From positions 8,494,001 through 8,558,000 of the forward strand of contig JAQFVV010000009.1 of NCBI GenBank assembly GCA_028023455.1: a stretch of DNA of 64,000 bases, written 5' to 3'. The DNA is from Epiperipatus broadwayi. Lineage: Eukaryota > Animalia > Onychophora. The position numbers and the translations under genes were made by a program. Positions within the stretch are counted from its first letter, which is position 1. Each line of letters opens with the position of its first letter. Of the stretch, positions 25,861 through 38,662 are shown piece by piece. The notes below the pieces were generated by a model. That model was not told where the DNA came from. It did no database searches and worked only from the letters and a program-made list of their open reading frames with translations.

Positions 25861-28122
25861 AGCAACATTTGAAGAAGAAATGAAAAAAAACAACAACACT
25901 CAAAATGTTGTAATAAATTAATCTGTATGCTTTGCTAACAGTTGAATGTATTTAAAAGTTTAAATAAAGTTTGATATCTTTTAAAAATATTTCATAATTA
26001 ATAACAGATGATGGAAATAGTTCAATATATAATTACAGGTAAAATCCCTATCATCACAAATTTTCAGATAAACATTTCCTGTTTTCAAGTCAATATGTAT
26101 AATGCTTGGGACTGTTTTTGTATCTCCAGAATAGTCCAAGACTTATTTGAACTGAAACACCTATTGTAGTAAGGAATTTGACTGCAATGGTATGTTGACT
26201 AGATATTTTGAGGTTTTATTAATCAACTATCTGGCTGGGGGATTTAACTATTAATGGAAAGTTGTTTATACACGTATATCATATTTTGAAATTCTGAAAA
26301 AAGCTAAAATCGATAACTTTTACTAAATTCATTTACTTTTGTTTTTATAGAATATTTGCTTATCAATAGTTGTTCTTTATTAAAATTAAAACTGCAAAAT
26401 TTTTATATGTTCATTCATCACCTGTGTTATTCACCTCCAAATCATAAGTCTTTGACTTAGTAAATGCAACTTATGCAAAGCATTACAATCAGAATGACAT
26501 TGCTTTGGGCGAGATGAAAATCTATCAGAAGATAAGCCTGTTTTATAGCAGTCAAGATAATTTCAGGTCTAATGATGTATATTAAAATCACTGTTATTAA
26601 AAAGCTAGTAATTGTATTTGAGTTGACCGAATGCCAGTCCATTGATTCTCCCTCCCTCAACACACACACAAACATTAATTTTTTGAATATTTAGCACTGC
26701 ACATCATGCTCTTGATTGAATGCCTCCAGTAGTTAAGTGACTAAATTTATACTTAAATAAAATTGGAGTGAATAAGGCATGGGCATTCACTATTTCATCC
26801 TAGCTCAGATTAATAAAAAAGGATCAATGGTCAAAGGTTTTCTCTGTCTGTTTCCTTTTTTTCTCCTGAAAATTTTTTAAAATTATTTGTTCCCTAATTG
26901 TTTTTTAATTAAGATATGAGCATTGAAAGTCAGAAATCCAATGCACACAGTAATTGTTTTTACTATAAAGTGCTATTAAAATGGTTTAGTATCTTTGGAC
27001 TTCTCCATAGAATTTCATTTATAACTTGTACTGCAGCTACACCTTAATTTTGTAACTGGGCAATTATGTAGCCTACAACTATTATAACTATCCAATTTTT
27101 GTATACTTGAACCTAAATATTTAAATTATTTGACTAATCTCATAAAAATAAAAATTACAAACATCCTCAAACTGCATTAGGGAAGGGGGGAAGCATAATT
27201 GGTGATTCATTTTAAAGATAATAATATACAAAATAAAACTCTAATTTCATTCATAATCTAATTATGTACCAATAAAAGCTAAATACCTAAACATATAATA
27301 ACCTCTTAATTCTTATGATATTTAAGATAATTTAGAGTTGAACCTAACAATATGAAAAATTTGGTAAAAATATTATTCATTAGTAACTCTTTTGTCTTAC
27401 TTTCAAATAATTCAAATTAATGATACGAAAAAAGATATAGAAAGTATCTTTCATATTAGGAACAAAGAAATTATAATTCTTTAACATACCACTCAAAAGA
27501 AAATTACTTCTTAGATTTATTTATATTCATTAATTATAAAATTGTTAATTATAAAGCATCCATTAGAAATATACTTCAAATAATATATATAAACATGCTT
27601 TATAAAAATGTTTTCAATTTAATAACTCAAGGAAATTACTTTAATATGTTGACTTTCCCAGTATCATTATCTAATCTAATTGTTGCTGTTGCATTTTTAT
27701 AAATATTCTTTAAAATATGACAATATCTTGTATCTATACCTGAATGATATCTCTAGAATTGTCATTATGATGTATTGTAGCATTTTCCGGTAGATTTCAA
27801 CAATTATTAACTTATGGGGTTGTGATCAAACAGAAAACAGTGGCAAACTTAAAGGAGATAATAAATATACTTGAATTTATTTACTGGTTAGAATCTCTAC
27901 AGATTTTCTAATATAATGTTTGTGAGTAGTTAGGTGGTTTAATGAATCTATAAATGAATTTCTAAATAGACAAATTTTAATATATATCACCCAACAGAAA
28001 CACTTAAATATTTACCAATTTCACAATATCAAATAAACTATAATTTACTTTGATTAATCATTAAGATTTGATTTAATGCAAGAAATTGTCTACACTCAGG
28101 AGGTTACAAATTTCTTGCCATC

Positions 28123-30958
28123 CTATTAATTGAAAAGAAACCCTTTGATTCCTCTTGGAGGCCGCCTTAAAGAAACTGAGCAAGGCAAATTCTTAATGTC
28201 CACTCCATACGTTCTTGTCATTGCAGCTGTTATTACTATGTGATTATTCATATACTATATAAACATGGATGGGCTGCTCACCAACACGCATTAGCCAGCG
28301 CGACGAGGTTATTGGATTTTTACCTCTGAGTTTAAGATCAAAAAACACCATGGACTTTCTTCTCAGTTGCCTGATAAGGCACAATGAATGCTTGTGTAAA
28401 TGATATTTTTCCAATATATATACAATTATGACAGACAAAAATAAATCATGGCCCTTATTCCCAGGAGACTGTAAAGTCACCAACCAAGGCAGGAGTTGGT
28501 GGCCGAATGCAGAGGCTGCTCAGAATCCCCTGATTGTGGATACAGGCTGCCATTTGATGATGCCTTTTTTTATTTAGGTACTTACAACACCAGATCACTT
28601 TCAAGTGAAGGAAGCTTGCAAGAGTTAGAAGAAAAACTGTCTTATATTAAATGGGATATTATTGGACGTTGTGAAGTTAGAAGAAAAGGTGAAGAGACAA
28701 TTGTTTTAAAAAGTGAACATGTACTCTATTATAAAGGCACAAATATTAGAAATACAAGTGGAGTAGTATTCATTATAAATAAAAAGTGGAAGAACAACAT
28801 TGTGGAGATTGATGGTGTATCGGACAGAGTGGCAAGATTAGTTATACAACTTAATAGCAGATACCAAATGCAGATAATTCAGGTTTATGCCCCAACAAGT
28901 TCTCAAAGTGATGAAGTAGTAGAAGATTTTTATGTGGATGCACAAAAGGCTTTTGATCAGAGTTAACAACATTTTAAAATTGTTATAGGAGACTTTAATA
29001 TTAGAATTGGTAAACAAATGAAAGACAAAAGTGCTGGTGGTAATTTTGGTTATGGTAATAGAAATGAGAGAGGACAGAGACTTGTGGAGTTTGCAGGAAA
29101 AGGAAAACTTTATATTATGAATTATTTTGAGAAAAATGTTAAAAGGAAATGGACATGGAAGCATCCAAATGAAAGTACAGCAGAATTGGATTATATTTTG
29201 ACTAACAGAAAATACATATTTCAAGATTGTAATATTCTTAATAAATTTAACAGAGGAAGTGATCATCGGTTAGTAAGATGTGAAATACATGTTAATGCAA
29301 AACTAGAGAGACAAAAATTATTAAGAAAAACAATATTTACAGTTGATATTCATAATTTTCAGAAATATTCTAATGAATTTAAAATAGAACTTACAAATAG
29401 GTTTCAAGTATTAGTAGATTTTGAACATGATTCACATTTGAATGAAATTAATAAGAAAACAACTGATTCACTTTTAAAAACTGCAACAGCACTTGATCAA
29501 TAAAATTTCTACTGAGACTAGAGAATTTGTGAAGAAAAGAAGGAATATGAAGATATACAAAAATGATGCATTAAAAAGAATTGAATATCTCAAATTTTGT
29601 AAAATGATGCAGAAAAGATTTGAAAATGATATAAGAAAGTATAACTGTGAAATAGCAAGGAAAGCAGCAGAAGGGAATGAAAGTCTCAAAAGTGTAAAAC
29701 AACATTTTGGTATTGGTAGGAAATTCATATCTGCAATAAAAAAAAAAGCTGGAATTATTACTAAAAAGAGAGATGACATCATGAAATGGATAGATGACTT
29801 TTATAAAGAATTATATAGTAATAAAGAACAAATACCTCCTATATCTATGACATCTTTTGAATTACCCAGAATTTTAAATGAAGAAGTGAGACATGCAATT
29901 AAATATATGAAGAAAGAAAAGACTCCAGGTAATAGTAGAATTATAATTGATATATTAAAAGAAGCAGGAGAAAAAATATAATTTTTTTTAGCAATGTTAT
30001 ATACCAAATGTCTAAATGATAAAGATTACCAGATGATTGGAAGTATGCAGTATTAATATTATTATTTAAAAAAGATGATAAAGAGGATATTAGAAATTAC
30101 AGACCTGTCAGTCTTTTATAAGTTAAATACAAAATTTTTACCAAGATAGTTAGAACTCGTCTACAGAGAACATTGGATTTCCCTCAACCAAGAGAACAAG
30201 CTGGATTTAAAAGTGGTTTTAGTACAGGAGATCATATCCAGGTCTTTAGAAAAGTTATAGAAAGGATAAATGAATATGAGTTGCCATTATGCTTTGGATT
30301 TGTAGATTATGAAAAGGCATTTGAATCTATAAACTTTTCTTCAGCGATTAAAACATTGGATCATCAAGGTATAGACCCAAGATATAGTCAAATTTTAAAG
30401 AATATTTATAAAAATGCAACAGCAACAATTAGATTAGATAATGATACTGGGAAAGTCAACATTGAGAAGAGTGTAAGACAGGGTGACTCCATATCTCCAA
30501 AAGTTTTTATAGCAGTGCTGCAAGAAATATTTTGTGGATTAAAATGGGAAGCTAAAGGAGTGAATGTAAATGGAGATTATTTAAGTCATTTAGATTTTGC
30601 AGATGATGTAGTTGTTTTTGCAACTTATGCTTCAGAGCTGCAGGAAATGTTGCAGGAGTTATCAGATGAAAGTAGGACTAAAGATAAATGTTAAAAAGAC
30701 TAAAGTAATGTTTAATGGATTTGCTCAAAATATGAAAATAAAGATTGGTTATGATGAGTTAGAAGAAGTTAACAGTTAAAAACACCTTGGTCAGATTATT
30801 AATACAGATGGAAACATAATGGATGAAATTAATCATAGAATTAAACTTGGTTGGAGTGCTTTTGGTAGAAATAACTTGATACTAAAAGGAAATATACCTA
30901 TGTGTCTGTAAAGGAAGATTTTTAATAAATGTGTTTTACCTGTTCTTACTTATGTATC
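28123..30958 (+). mobile_element. RTE-clade LINE, same family as 14975-18187; intact 5' end, 3'-truncated
   Basis: Shares the 5' start CTATTAATTGAAA. Motifs LGTYNTRSL, QVYAPTS, GSDHRLV, FVDYEKAFES, RQGDSISPK, DFADD. Homology stops after CTTACTTATGTATC; multiple stops. Confidence 0.92.
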
Positions 30959-32231
30959 AATAATGAAAGAAAGAAACAGTGCACTGGCAAAGACAGTACT
31001 ATCAGGCTTCTGAATTTTAGGTTATTAAGATCATATATAATTTTCAATGATCATCCAATTTTGACAGGCAATGTCTTCCAAATTATTTATGAGGACTAAT
31101 AGTTTTAATTTTAACAGTATACAAACCTAACATGAGCATCAGTTTTGAAAGAAACTTTTTAAATTCCAACCATCAATAAAGATATTAAATGTATATATAT
31201 TTTGCTCTAAATCTTTTTTTTTTTTTCTGACTCTGTATAATATCTTACATTTTTCATATGGTATTTATTAAACCTATTATTTTGAAATTTCCTTGAGTAT
31301 ATGACATTTTTAGTTATTAAAATGATTCTAAAATTTTAAATACAATTTCAATTAATATTTATGCCTTGAATATTATTGTGAAAGGAAGCTTTGATAAACA
31401 GATCTTCGAATTATTGCTTGTGAGTAACAAGCACGCGGTATACCCAGCACACAAATAACACTTTATTTTTCGAAATAGTAATCTATAAACCGAAATATAA
31501 TTTGTATTATTTTAAGATTTATTGAAAATATTAATTGAAAGTGTAAAAAAAAAAGTTTTACAAACAATAATCTTTTAAAATAATACAGTTTTGAAAGAAA
31601 TACTGCCGTAGAAATTAGCTTTTTTTTAAAAAAACAAAAAACAAAACACAGACCGATTTTTAGATTGTTGTAAAAATTACCTTTTGTTTTATTTCCAAAA
31701 AAAAAACACTTTTAGAGTAAATAATTAAAAAAACAGATCGCTTTTTACAAAGTCATAATTTAAAAATACATCGATTCATGAAATGGTGAAATAGAATGTA
31801 AAACTATTACGTTTGACCGTATATTTAAATAGTTATGACTTATAAATTATTCACCCCTGTACATTATAGGCCCTGAATGTTTTAAGTACTATGTTCGTAA
31901 ACGCTAGCAAGGAGGCATTTAGGGGTTGCTGTTTTTACTGTGTGTAACGTGGAGAAACAGTGCCGCGTAGAGGGCTAAAATCTTGGTAGTTTCTGATAGC
32001 AGACAACACATAAGCTGGATGTGTTTACGGCAATCAGTGCCACCTAGGTTCTTGGTAGCAGACGATGTAAGCTGCCAGTTAGCTTGTGGAAGGTTTGTGT
32101 GTATGCATGGTGAACAGCCCCACCTAGTGGCAGGAAAAAGCGTCGTCTGCTTTCGAGGCCCCTACCCTGTAGGTTCTGTGTGCTAACGCAGAAACAGCAT
32201 CTCTAGCGGCCACATAGCAGGTCGGGTTAGA
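30454..32231 (+). repeat. Right inverted arm
   Basis: Begins inside the RTE at AGTCAACATTGAG and ends GGTCGGGTTAGA. Carries an extra ~35-40 bp subunit near 32042-32080. Confidence 0.92.
31955..32212 (-). promoter_or_regulatory. Cluster of CTCF-like motifs in the right terminal module (opposite orientation)
   Basis: Minus strand shows CCACTAGGTGGGGCTG, CCTAGGTGGCACTG, CTACGCGGCACTG and GCCGCTAGAGATGCTG. Confidence 0.45.
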
Positions 32232-32244
32232 ATAACGAATTTTG

Positions 32245-33400
32245 TAAATCCACAAATCAAAAATAATTCTTATTTTTGAATTTAATCAGTTCAAATTAAA
32301 AACTTCATCATCAAACCTAAATTGCATTTCCATAAACTGCGTCATGATGCCATCCATAACTGCTCTAACACATTGGTAATAAAAAGGTATAACAAAAATA
32401 GAAGAGCTGATAAACACTTATTTATAAGCGTTCTTTTTGTTATAAGATCACCAATCCTTGGCTTATCAAATCAATAAAAGCAATAAATAAATCACATTTT
32501 TGAATTATGACTCTTGTTGTTACATTTGCAAAGCAGCAAAAAACATGTCTATGGTGTTAAACATATCTCTAAAATCATTTGATTTATTGGTTCATTCTTC
32601 TAAAAAAAAAAGGAACTCATCATTCAATAAAATCCTTGAAAAGACCTTTTCTCTAATGAATAACAATGCTATTCCAGATAATTATTGCAAAACTTTTCTA
32701 TCAAATATGTTTTTATAAATTGGAAGGAAGCATTCTTAAAATCAGATGGCTCTTTTCCATATGTCCATATAATTCTAAACAAAGTCCAATAATTTTAAAG
32801 CTAATATATAATGATCATTTAAAACTTTACATATATTATCAGGATGTGCAGCTTTTCTATTACAACTACAAAAAGCTATTTGGTTGGATATCTCTGCTCA
32901 AATTTAAATGAATCAGTAAGATGTATGCATTATTAAAAACAAACACTTGAAATTTTGAATCATTATTCAGAAAATGATCAAAATACCTCGTCATCTTGAA
33001 ATATTACTTCTATGATACAAAAGATTTATTATGAAGATTTTTTTAAATTAACAGATGAAGCATATATAGAATTAAAACAGATTAAAGCTGACATTATTCC
33101 AGCTGATGAAGAAAGAAGTTAAAAATTTCAAAAATATTTCTGATGAATTGTCAAAAAATTCAACAACATTCAATAAAAAAAAATATTAAATATTATGAAG
33201 CAATAATCTCTTACTGTGAATGTGAAAAATGCTTCCAAAAATTTGACAGATTAAAAACAATTGAAATGTTCATGTTTTACCCACGTCACAATGTTGCTAT
33301 GACTAAAAAATACATTTTCATTATTTATAGTGTAAAATAAAGTCCTTCTTCAAAGTAACATAAAGTTAAAAGCTCATAATCCAAATCTTAGCAATCACTT
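32245..33400 (+). pseudogene. Decayed hAT transposase (downstream part)
   Basis: RHDAI at 32341-32355 (TRW..RHDA motif), QKIYYEDF near 33018, CECEKCFQKFDRLKT near 33212 (resembles S..AERSFS.L.R.KT). Confidence 0.5.
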
Positions 33401-35499
33401 TTATAAGATAATGAATCAAAAAAGTTACATTTAACATCTTAACATTATTTTTAGCTCTATCCATTTAAGTGAGACTGTATTTTCAACAATTATATATAAT
33501 TATGTCAAAATATATTGCTGCCTGTCTCACAGATTACCACTTAGAATTCTATGCAACATTAATAGTTAGTAAATAATATAGAAATATTCAAGATTAGAGG
33601 ACAGTATGTAGTCCAAGTCTTCCATGAAAACTTTATGAAGTTTCATAATTTCATTTTAAATTTACAGCTATTATTGAACTTTTGTTGCTTTTTGATAATG
33701 AATACATTATTTGACAAATGATGTATTTATTATTTATACACTGTAATAAATTCAATGAAATATGACAGAAAATTAGAAATAACTCTTGCCTTGCAAAAAT
33801 CTACTCTGGATTCTTGTGCACTATTTTCTTGATAGCAAGATTAAAAAAAAAGACAATGAAGTTAAAATTAATTTGAAATGCAACTACCTAATAAATCAAA
33901 TGATAGTATCCGTAAGTGATTAAATACAGTGAACCACAATATCTATTATATTTTGTTTCCCCCTCCCCACCCTATTTTGTTGATAATCTTCGATTATAAC
34001 AGAATATGTATTGTTTATTGAACTGCAAGTGTGCAGTGCTTTACAAAATGCACATACATATAACAGACCCTTTTTTACATGTACAATATGCATATATAAA
34101 TTAAGATTACAGAATAAACAAAATTTTAAAAAAAATTAATAATAATTATTAGTAATAAATTTGAAGGGGCACATTTACATATATTTTAGTGTGCTCACTT
34201 ATTCATTCACTAAAACAATAAGAATAAGGGGAAAAAATTCTGCACTGTATTTTTATTTATTTTTTAAAATGAATAGCAAAATGTCTCCCTTTCATCACAA
34301 CCATATATGCTGTTGGCGATATTCTACTTATTTCAATAACTATTTTGGAAAAATACTGCTCATTAAATTTGAAAAAGATAATAACGAAAAAATAAAAATG
34401 GCTTTTCACACATTGAAAAATATATTAAATTTATGAATTTTAATGTTTTTGTTTAATTATTTAAAGTTTTGTTTGTTTGCTTGTTTACACTTTTTATTGG
34501 ATAGTGTATAATTGAATTCATATAAAATGATCCAGCATAATTCACAGCTTCACTGTACTCCCCAAATCACTTGCAAAGTCATTCTAAAAAATAGTAAAAA
34601 AATTCTAGAAAAAAAATTAACACTAAAAGTAAACCATTCAGCATCCAGAGAAGTATAGCAACTTCACAATTTGTAATGATCATCATAATTATAATGATAT
34701 TCTTTGTTTTTAGTCAGAACATTTATAATCATCGATCAATTCAGATTAAATTGAAACCGTTCCTTCTAACAAATAATAGCTACTCAATTAATCAATTACA
34801 AATAACAAATAGGTAACTAGCATAGATGTAAGCCAATTATCTATAGTAGAATTCTAAGCATGATAATGACTGAAATAATTTCCAAGATTCCCCAAGATCT
34901 AGATTTAAACCCCATGCTGTGGGAATTGGCAGGTGGATATATTTACACTATGATGAGACCTTTTTAACAAATTAATTATCACAAATATATGTAATTGTAA
35001 AAGTTATATTATTCAAATAAAATTACAATGGTGACCTTAAACATTTTACAAGTAAATAAATTAATAATACATATATTTAAAAAAAAATTTAAAAAAAAAA
35101 TGGGTTCATTAAAAACTATAAATTAATGTAACTAATTATAATGAGTATTTTGACTTTATCTTAGTCCATTAACACTATTTATTCATGATCTATAATTAAC
35201 CTATATTTAAAAAAAAAAAAGATTACATTAAATTTCCTAATGGGGGTGGGGGAGTACAGAATGAGTTTTTCAAAGTCTTCGATTTTTAAAAGCATTCACT
35301 GAATTGCTAAGTGAATAAAATAAACTGCATTTTAAACTAGTAAAAAAGGAGGGGTAATCAGTAAAAGTTAATTGTTTTGATTTGTTGATTTAATTATTAT
35401 TGTATTTTTTTTTTTTTACTCTTATAAAATAAATTATTAATAGAATAAATTTAAACAATATACAGAGAACATTTAACATACATATAAAACTATGGACAA

Positions 35500-36540
35500 A
35501 ATAAAGAATGCATAAAGCTAGATGAAATCTATATAACAATAATATACAATCAACTGCTAAAGGTTCCACTATGCCATCTATGTTCAAAAATCCAAGTCTG
35601 AATAAAGAATCTTTCATTTTTAAACATAGGTAACACACCACGAAACTATAGCAGTTGGGTTTGTAGAGGCCATCTATGTTCAAAAATCCAAGTCTGAATA
35701 AAGAATCTTTCATTTTTAAACATAGGTAACACACCACGAAACTATAGCAGTTGGGTTTGTAGAGGAGTGTGGAAATGAATACTTTTATGGACATTGCATA
35801 CTGATGAAGTAAAAACTTGACATGATATTCAAATGTGAAACAATATAGTGTGGAATATGAAGTTGTAGGAGAGAATTATATAATAAATAAAGATGATAAT
35901 GGGGGTTGACCTAAGTGAAGAAATATATAAGTAGAAGGAATTGTAGTGATTGTAGACATGGTTGGTTTACATGGTATGTAATGGAGGGAGTTGGGATGTA
36001 AGATAATTATTTAAGAATAGATGCATTAATAAAAAAAAATAGGGAGATGAAAAAATGGAGAACTAGTATGGAGAGTAAAAAGAGTTTAAATATACATAGA
36101 AGGAAACACAATATTGGATGTGAGTTAATTTATGATAATAGCAAGGAAAGTAGTTCATTGTTAAAGGCTCGAACAGAATCGAGGGAATATACACATAAAT
36201 GGAGGAATGTGGGTGATTTAGTCTGCAAGTTATGTAAGGAAGACATGGAAAATATTAGGCGACTGCTAATCAAATGTAAATGCTTATTGGCAGAAAGGGT
36301 ATAAATAATGTTGTGGAAGAATAAATATAAACAAAGTAATTATACAGAAAGTTGGTTCTTGGTTTTTAGGCTAGATTTGGAAAAAGGGGGATCTAGATCT
36401 AAAGGCCATAGAGTGGACAAAGATGATGATGTGGAAATGGGATGGAGCAGGATAGAGAAAAATATGGGAAAAACTTGGAAAAGGAAGGTAAGTTGGCTAG
36501 ATTTCTCTGGGTATAGGCTGAGAAATTACTGATGTTGATA
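35500..36540 (+). mobile_element. 3' relic of a non-LTR retrotransposon (C-terminal Cys/His region)
   Basis: WRTSMESKKSL..YDNSKESSSLLKART..CKLCKEDMENIRRLLIKC..L..ER is typical of LINE ORF2 C-termini; clade not assignable. Confidence 0.6.
35573..35764. repeat. Perfect 96-bp tandem duplication
   Basis: GCCATCTATGTTC..GGGTTTGTAGAG at 35573-35668 and 35669-35764; no differences seen. Confidence 0.95.
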
Positions 36541-37433
36541 AAGGAGAAGTCATATCGCATCACATCATATGGTTGTATTCTAAAACTTTAGAAAGTAAAA
36601 TTAATGTATATTCAAATATTCAACAGTCATATAGTAGTTTTTTTGTTTTATTTGTTTTAAAAAAAGAGTTTTAACGAAATAGGTCTATCATTGAAATTGA
36701 AAAATTCACATTCTAAAAATGTTGAAAAGGACTGTAAATTGTTTAACCAATTTAAACGATGATATTGCAGTATTAAAGTTTAATTTGTTAAGGAATAAAA
36801 ACTATCACTAATAATGCTCAGGTAAAAGTCACGTTCATGAGCATGTAAAAGTAGAGTTTCATATGACTTAGTAGTTTAAAATACCTATTCTTATTTTTAT
36901 TATAAAGTTGATATAATATAACTCTTAATTCATTTATTAACTTTAAGATTTGCTATTACAGTAATTTAATAATGGTTTTCCAACTAAGGGGCTATTCTAT
37001 AACAAGACTAAATTTTTTCACAATTTAATTTATATATTATTAATATGAATTTACTCATTCATTTCTAAAGTGGCTTATTTAATCATCATACACTTTTGCT
37101 AATGGACTTGTGCATTAATGTTTATGAATTTGGATTAAGAAAAAAAAAAACCCAAACATTTCATTTTTTAAAAAGAAGTTTCTTATTCAGAAATCAAACT
37201 AAAACCTTTTATATGGATAGAAAATTTTAATCTTACAGCAACCCTAGTCATCTAAATGTTCAAACATTAGAATTTTTCACAATTTATTTTTTTGGTATAC
37301 ATTTTCCAATTAATGATTTAATAATTGTATGATGTATGAAAATTATAACCCTATTATAATCCAAGCTTTTAGGATATTTTATTATTAACCATAATATAAT
37401 TTAAACACTACAAGTATAAATTGGTTTCTCATA

Positions 37434-38084
37434 AAAAGATAATTTAATAATCAATACAGAGACATATTAAAATATTTACAGATTCTGTTTAGTATGCGTT
37501 TTCTCTGCCAAACAATATAGACTAGCAATATGCTACATGAAAGCCATCTTAATTTATTTGCAGGGTTCTATGCAAAAGAAATGCAAGGCCTTTTATTTAA
37601 AATCAAGAGTGTGACTAAATATAATTGCAATAATAAAATAGATTAAAAAAATAATGCATTTTTAAAACGCAAGATTAAATTATATATTATATTATGCACA
37701 TGTAGAGGCATAGATTGTTTTACGTGCATAAATATATACAGTAGCAGACATAGTACAAAAGATAATTTAATAATCAATACAGAGACATATTAAAATATTT
37801 ACAGATTCTGTTTAGTATGTGTGTTCTCTGCCAAACAATATAGACTAGCAATATGCTACATGAAAGCCATCTTAATTTATTTGCAGGGTTCTATGCAAAA
37901 GAAATGCATGGCCTTTTATTTAAAATCAAGAGTGTGACTAAATATAATTGCAATAATAAAATAGATTAAAAAAATAATGCATTTTTAAAACGTAAGATTA
38001 AATTATATATTATATTATGCATATGTAGAGGCATAGATTGTTTTACATGCATATATATATATACACAGTAGCAGACATAGTACA
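37434..38084. repeat. ~323-bp tandem duplication
   Basis: AAAAGATAATTTAATAATCAATACAG..CAGACATAGTACA starts at 37434 and 37757; a few substitutions and a longer TA run in copy 2. Confidence 0.95.
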
Positions 38085-38662
38085 TAGTTTATAAATGTCT
38101 TTATTTAATTAATTCATTTTTATGTTTTTATAAAACAAATATATTAAAAAATTAAAAAATCTACTTTAATCTGTTCACAATAGAAAATATTTTGAACTCT
38201 AATTTGATGATAATTTGTCTTTTAATTATTTCACAAGCTGCATTGCTAAATGCTATAATTGTTTAAAAAACATTAGCATATTTTTTGAACACAATCATGA
38301 TGACAGAACAAACCATCTGCTCTGGATACTAATATATATGAAAATTATATTATTATTTTATACAAAAAGTTCTCTGCAACTTCAAATTAACTCTGAACTA
38401 CTATAATATTATTTTTTAATTTCTTGTGCAATCATTTATGTGAAAAAATTAACATTCATATATATTTTCTTCCCTTTTAAAAAATAATGATTGTACTAAT
38501 TTTGAAACCCGATGCAATCATGTCTTTCATTTTTTTAATATACTCCTCAACAGCCCTGGATACTATTGATTTGGAACCTTTGATAGGCAACATTGTAATT
38601 ACTTCATTAATTTTAAACTAACAATTTCCAACAAATAATGCAGATATTCACACAATAGCAAC

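Larger units (their letters stand above)
22272..32236. mobile_element. Composite foldback-like unit with ~1.75 kb inverted arms and 8-bp direct flanks
   Basis: GAATTTTG at 22264-22271 and 32237-32244, each exactly 5 nt outside the arms 22277-24013 and 30454-32231. Confidence 0.6.

Noticed and set aside
28123-28440. HDV-like ribozyme in the RTE 5'UTR (also at 14975-15290)
   Set aside because: Expected from the RTE literature, and TTCCTCTTGG resembles an L3 loop, but I could not build P1/P2/P3 pairings; it needs a descriptor search.
15664-30007. Minus-strand ORFs at 15664, 16210, 16632, 28838, 29474 and 29801
   Set aside because: Antisense shadows of RTE coding sequence.
22277-32231. Inverted arms as an amplification or assembly chimera
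   Set aside because: The arms differ by many substitutions and indels, so they are not a duplicated read.
2850-34960. tRNA genes at B-box-like strings (~2878, ~6623, ~13375, ~25830, ~34895)
   Set aside because: No cloverleaf or anticodon arm; at best SINE-derived.
35390-35794. 134-aa ORF with a 32-aa repeat
   Set aside because: By-product of the 96-bp duplication, antisense to a LINE relic and low-complexity.
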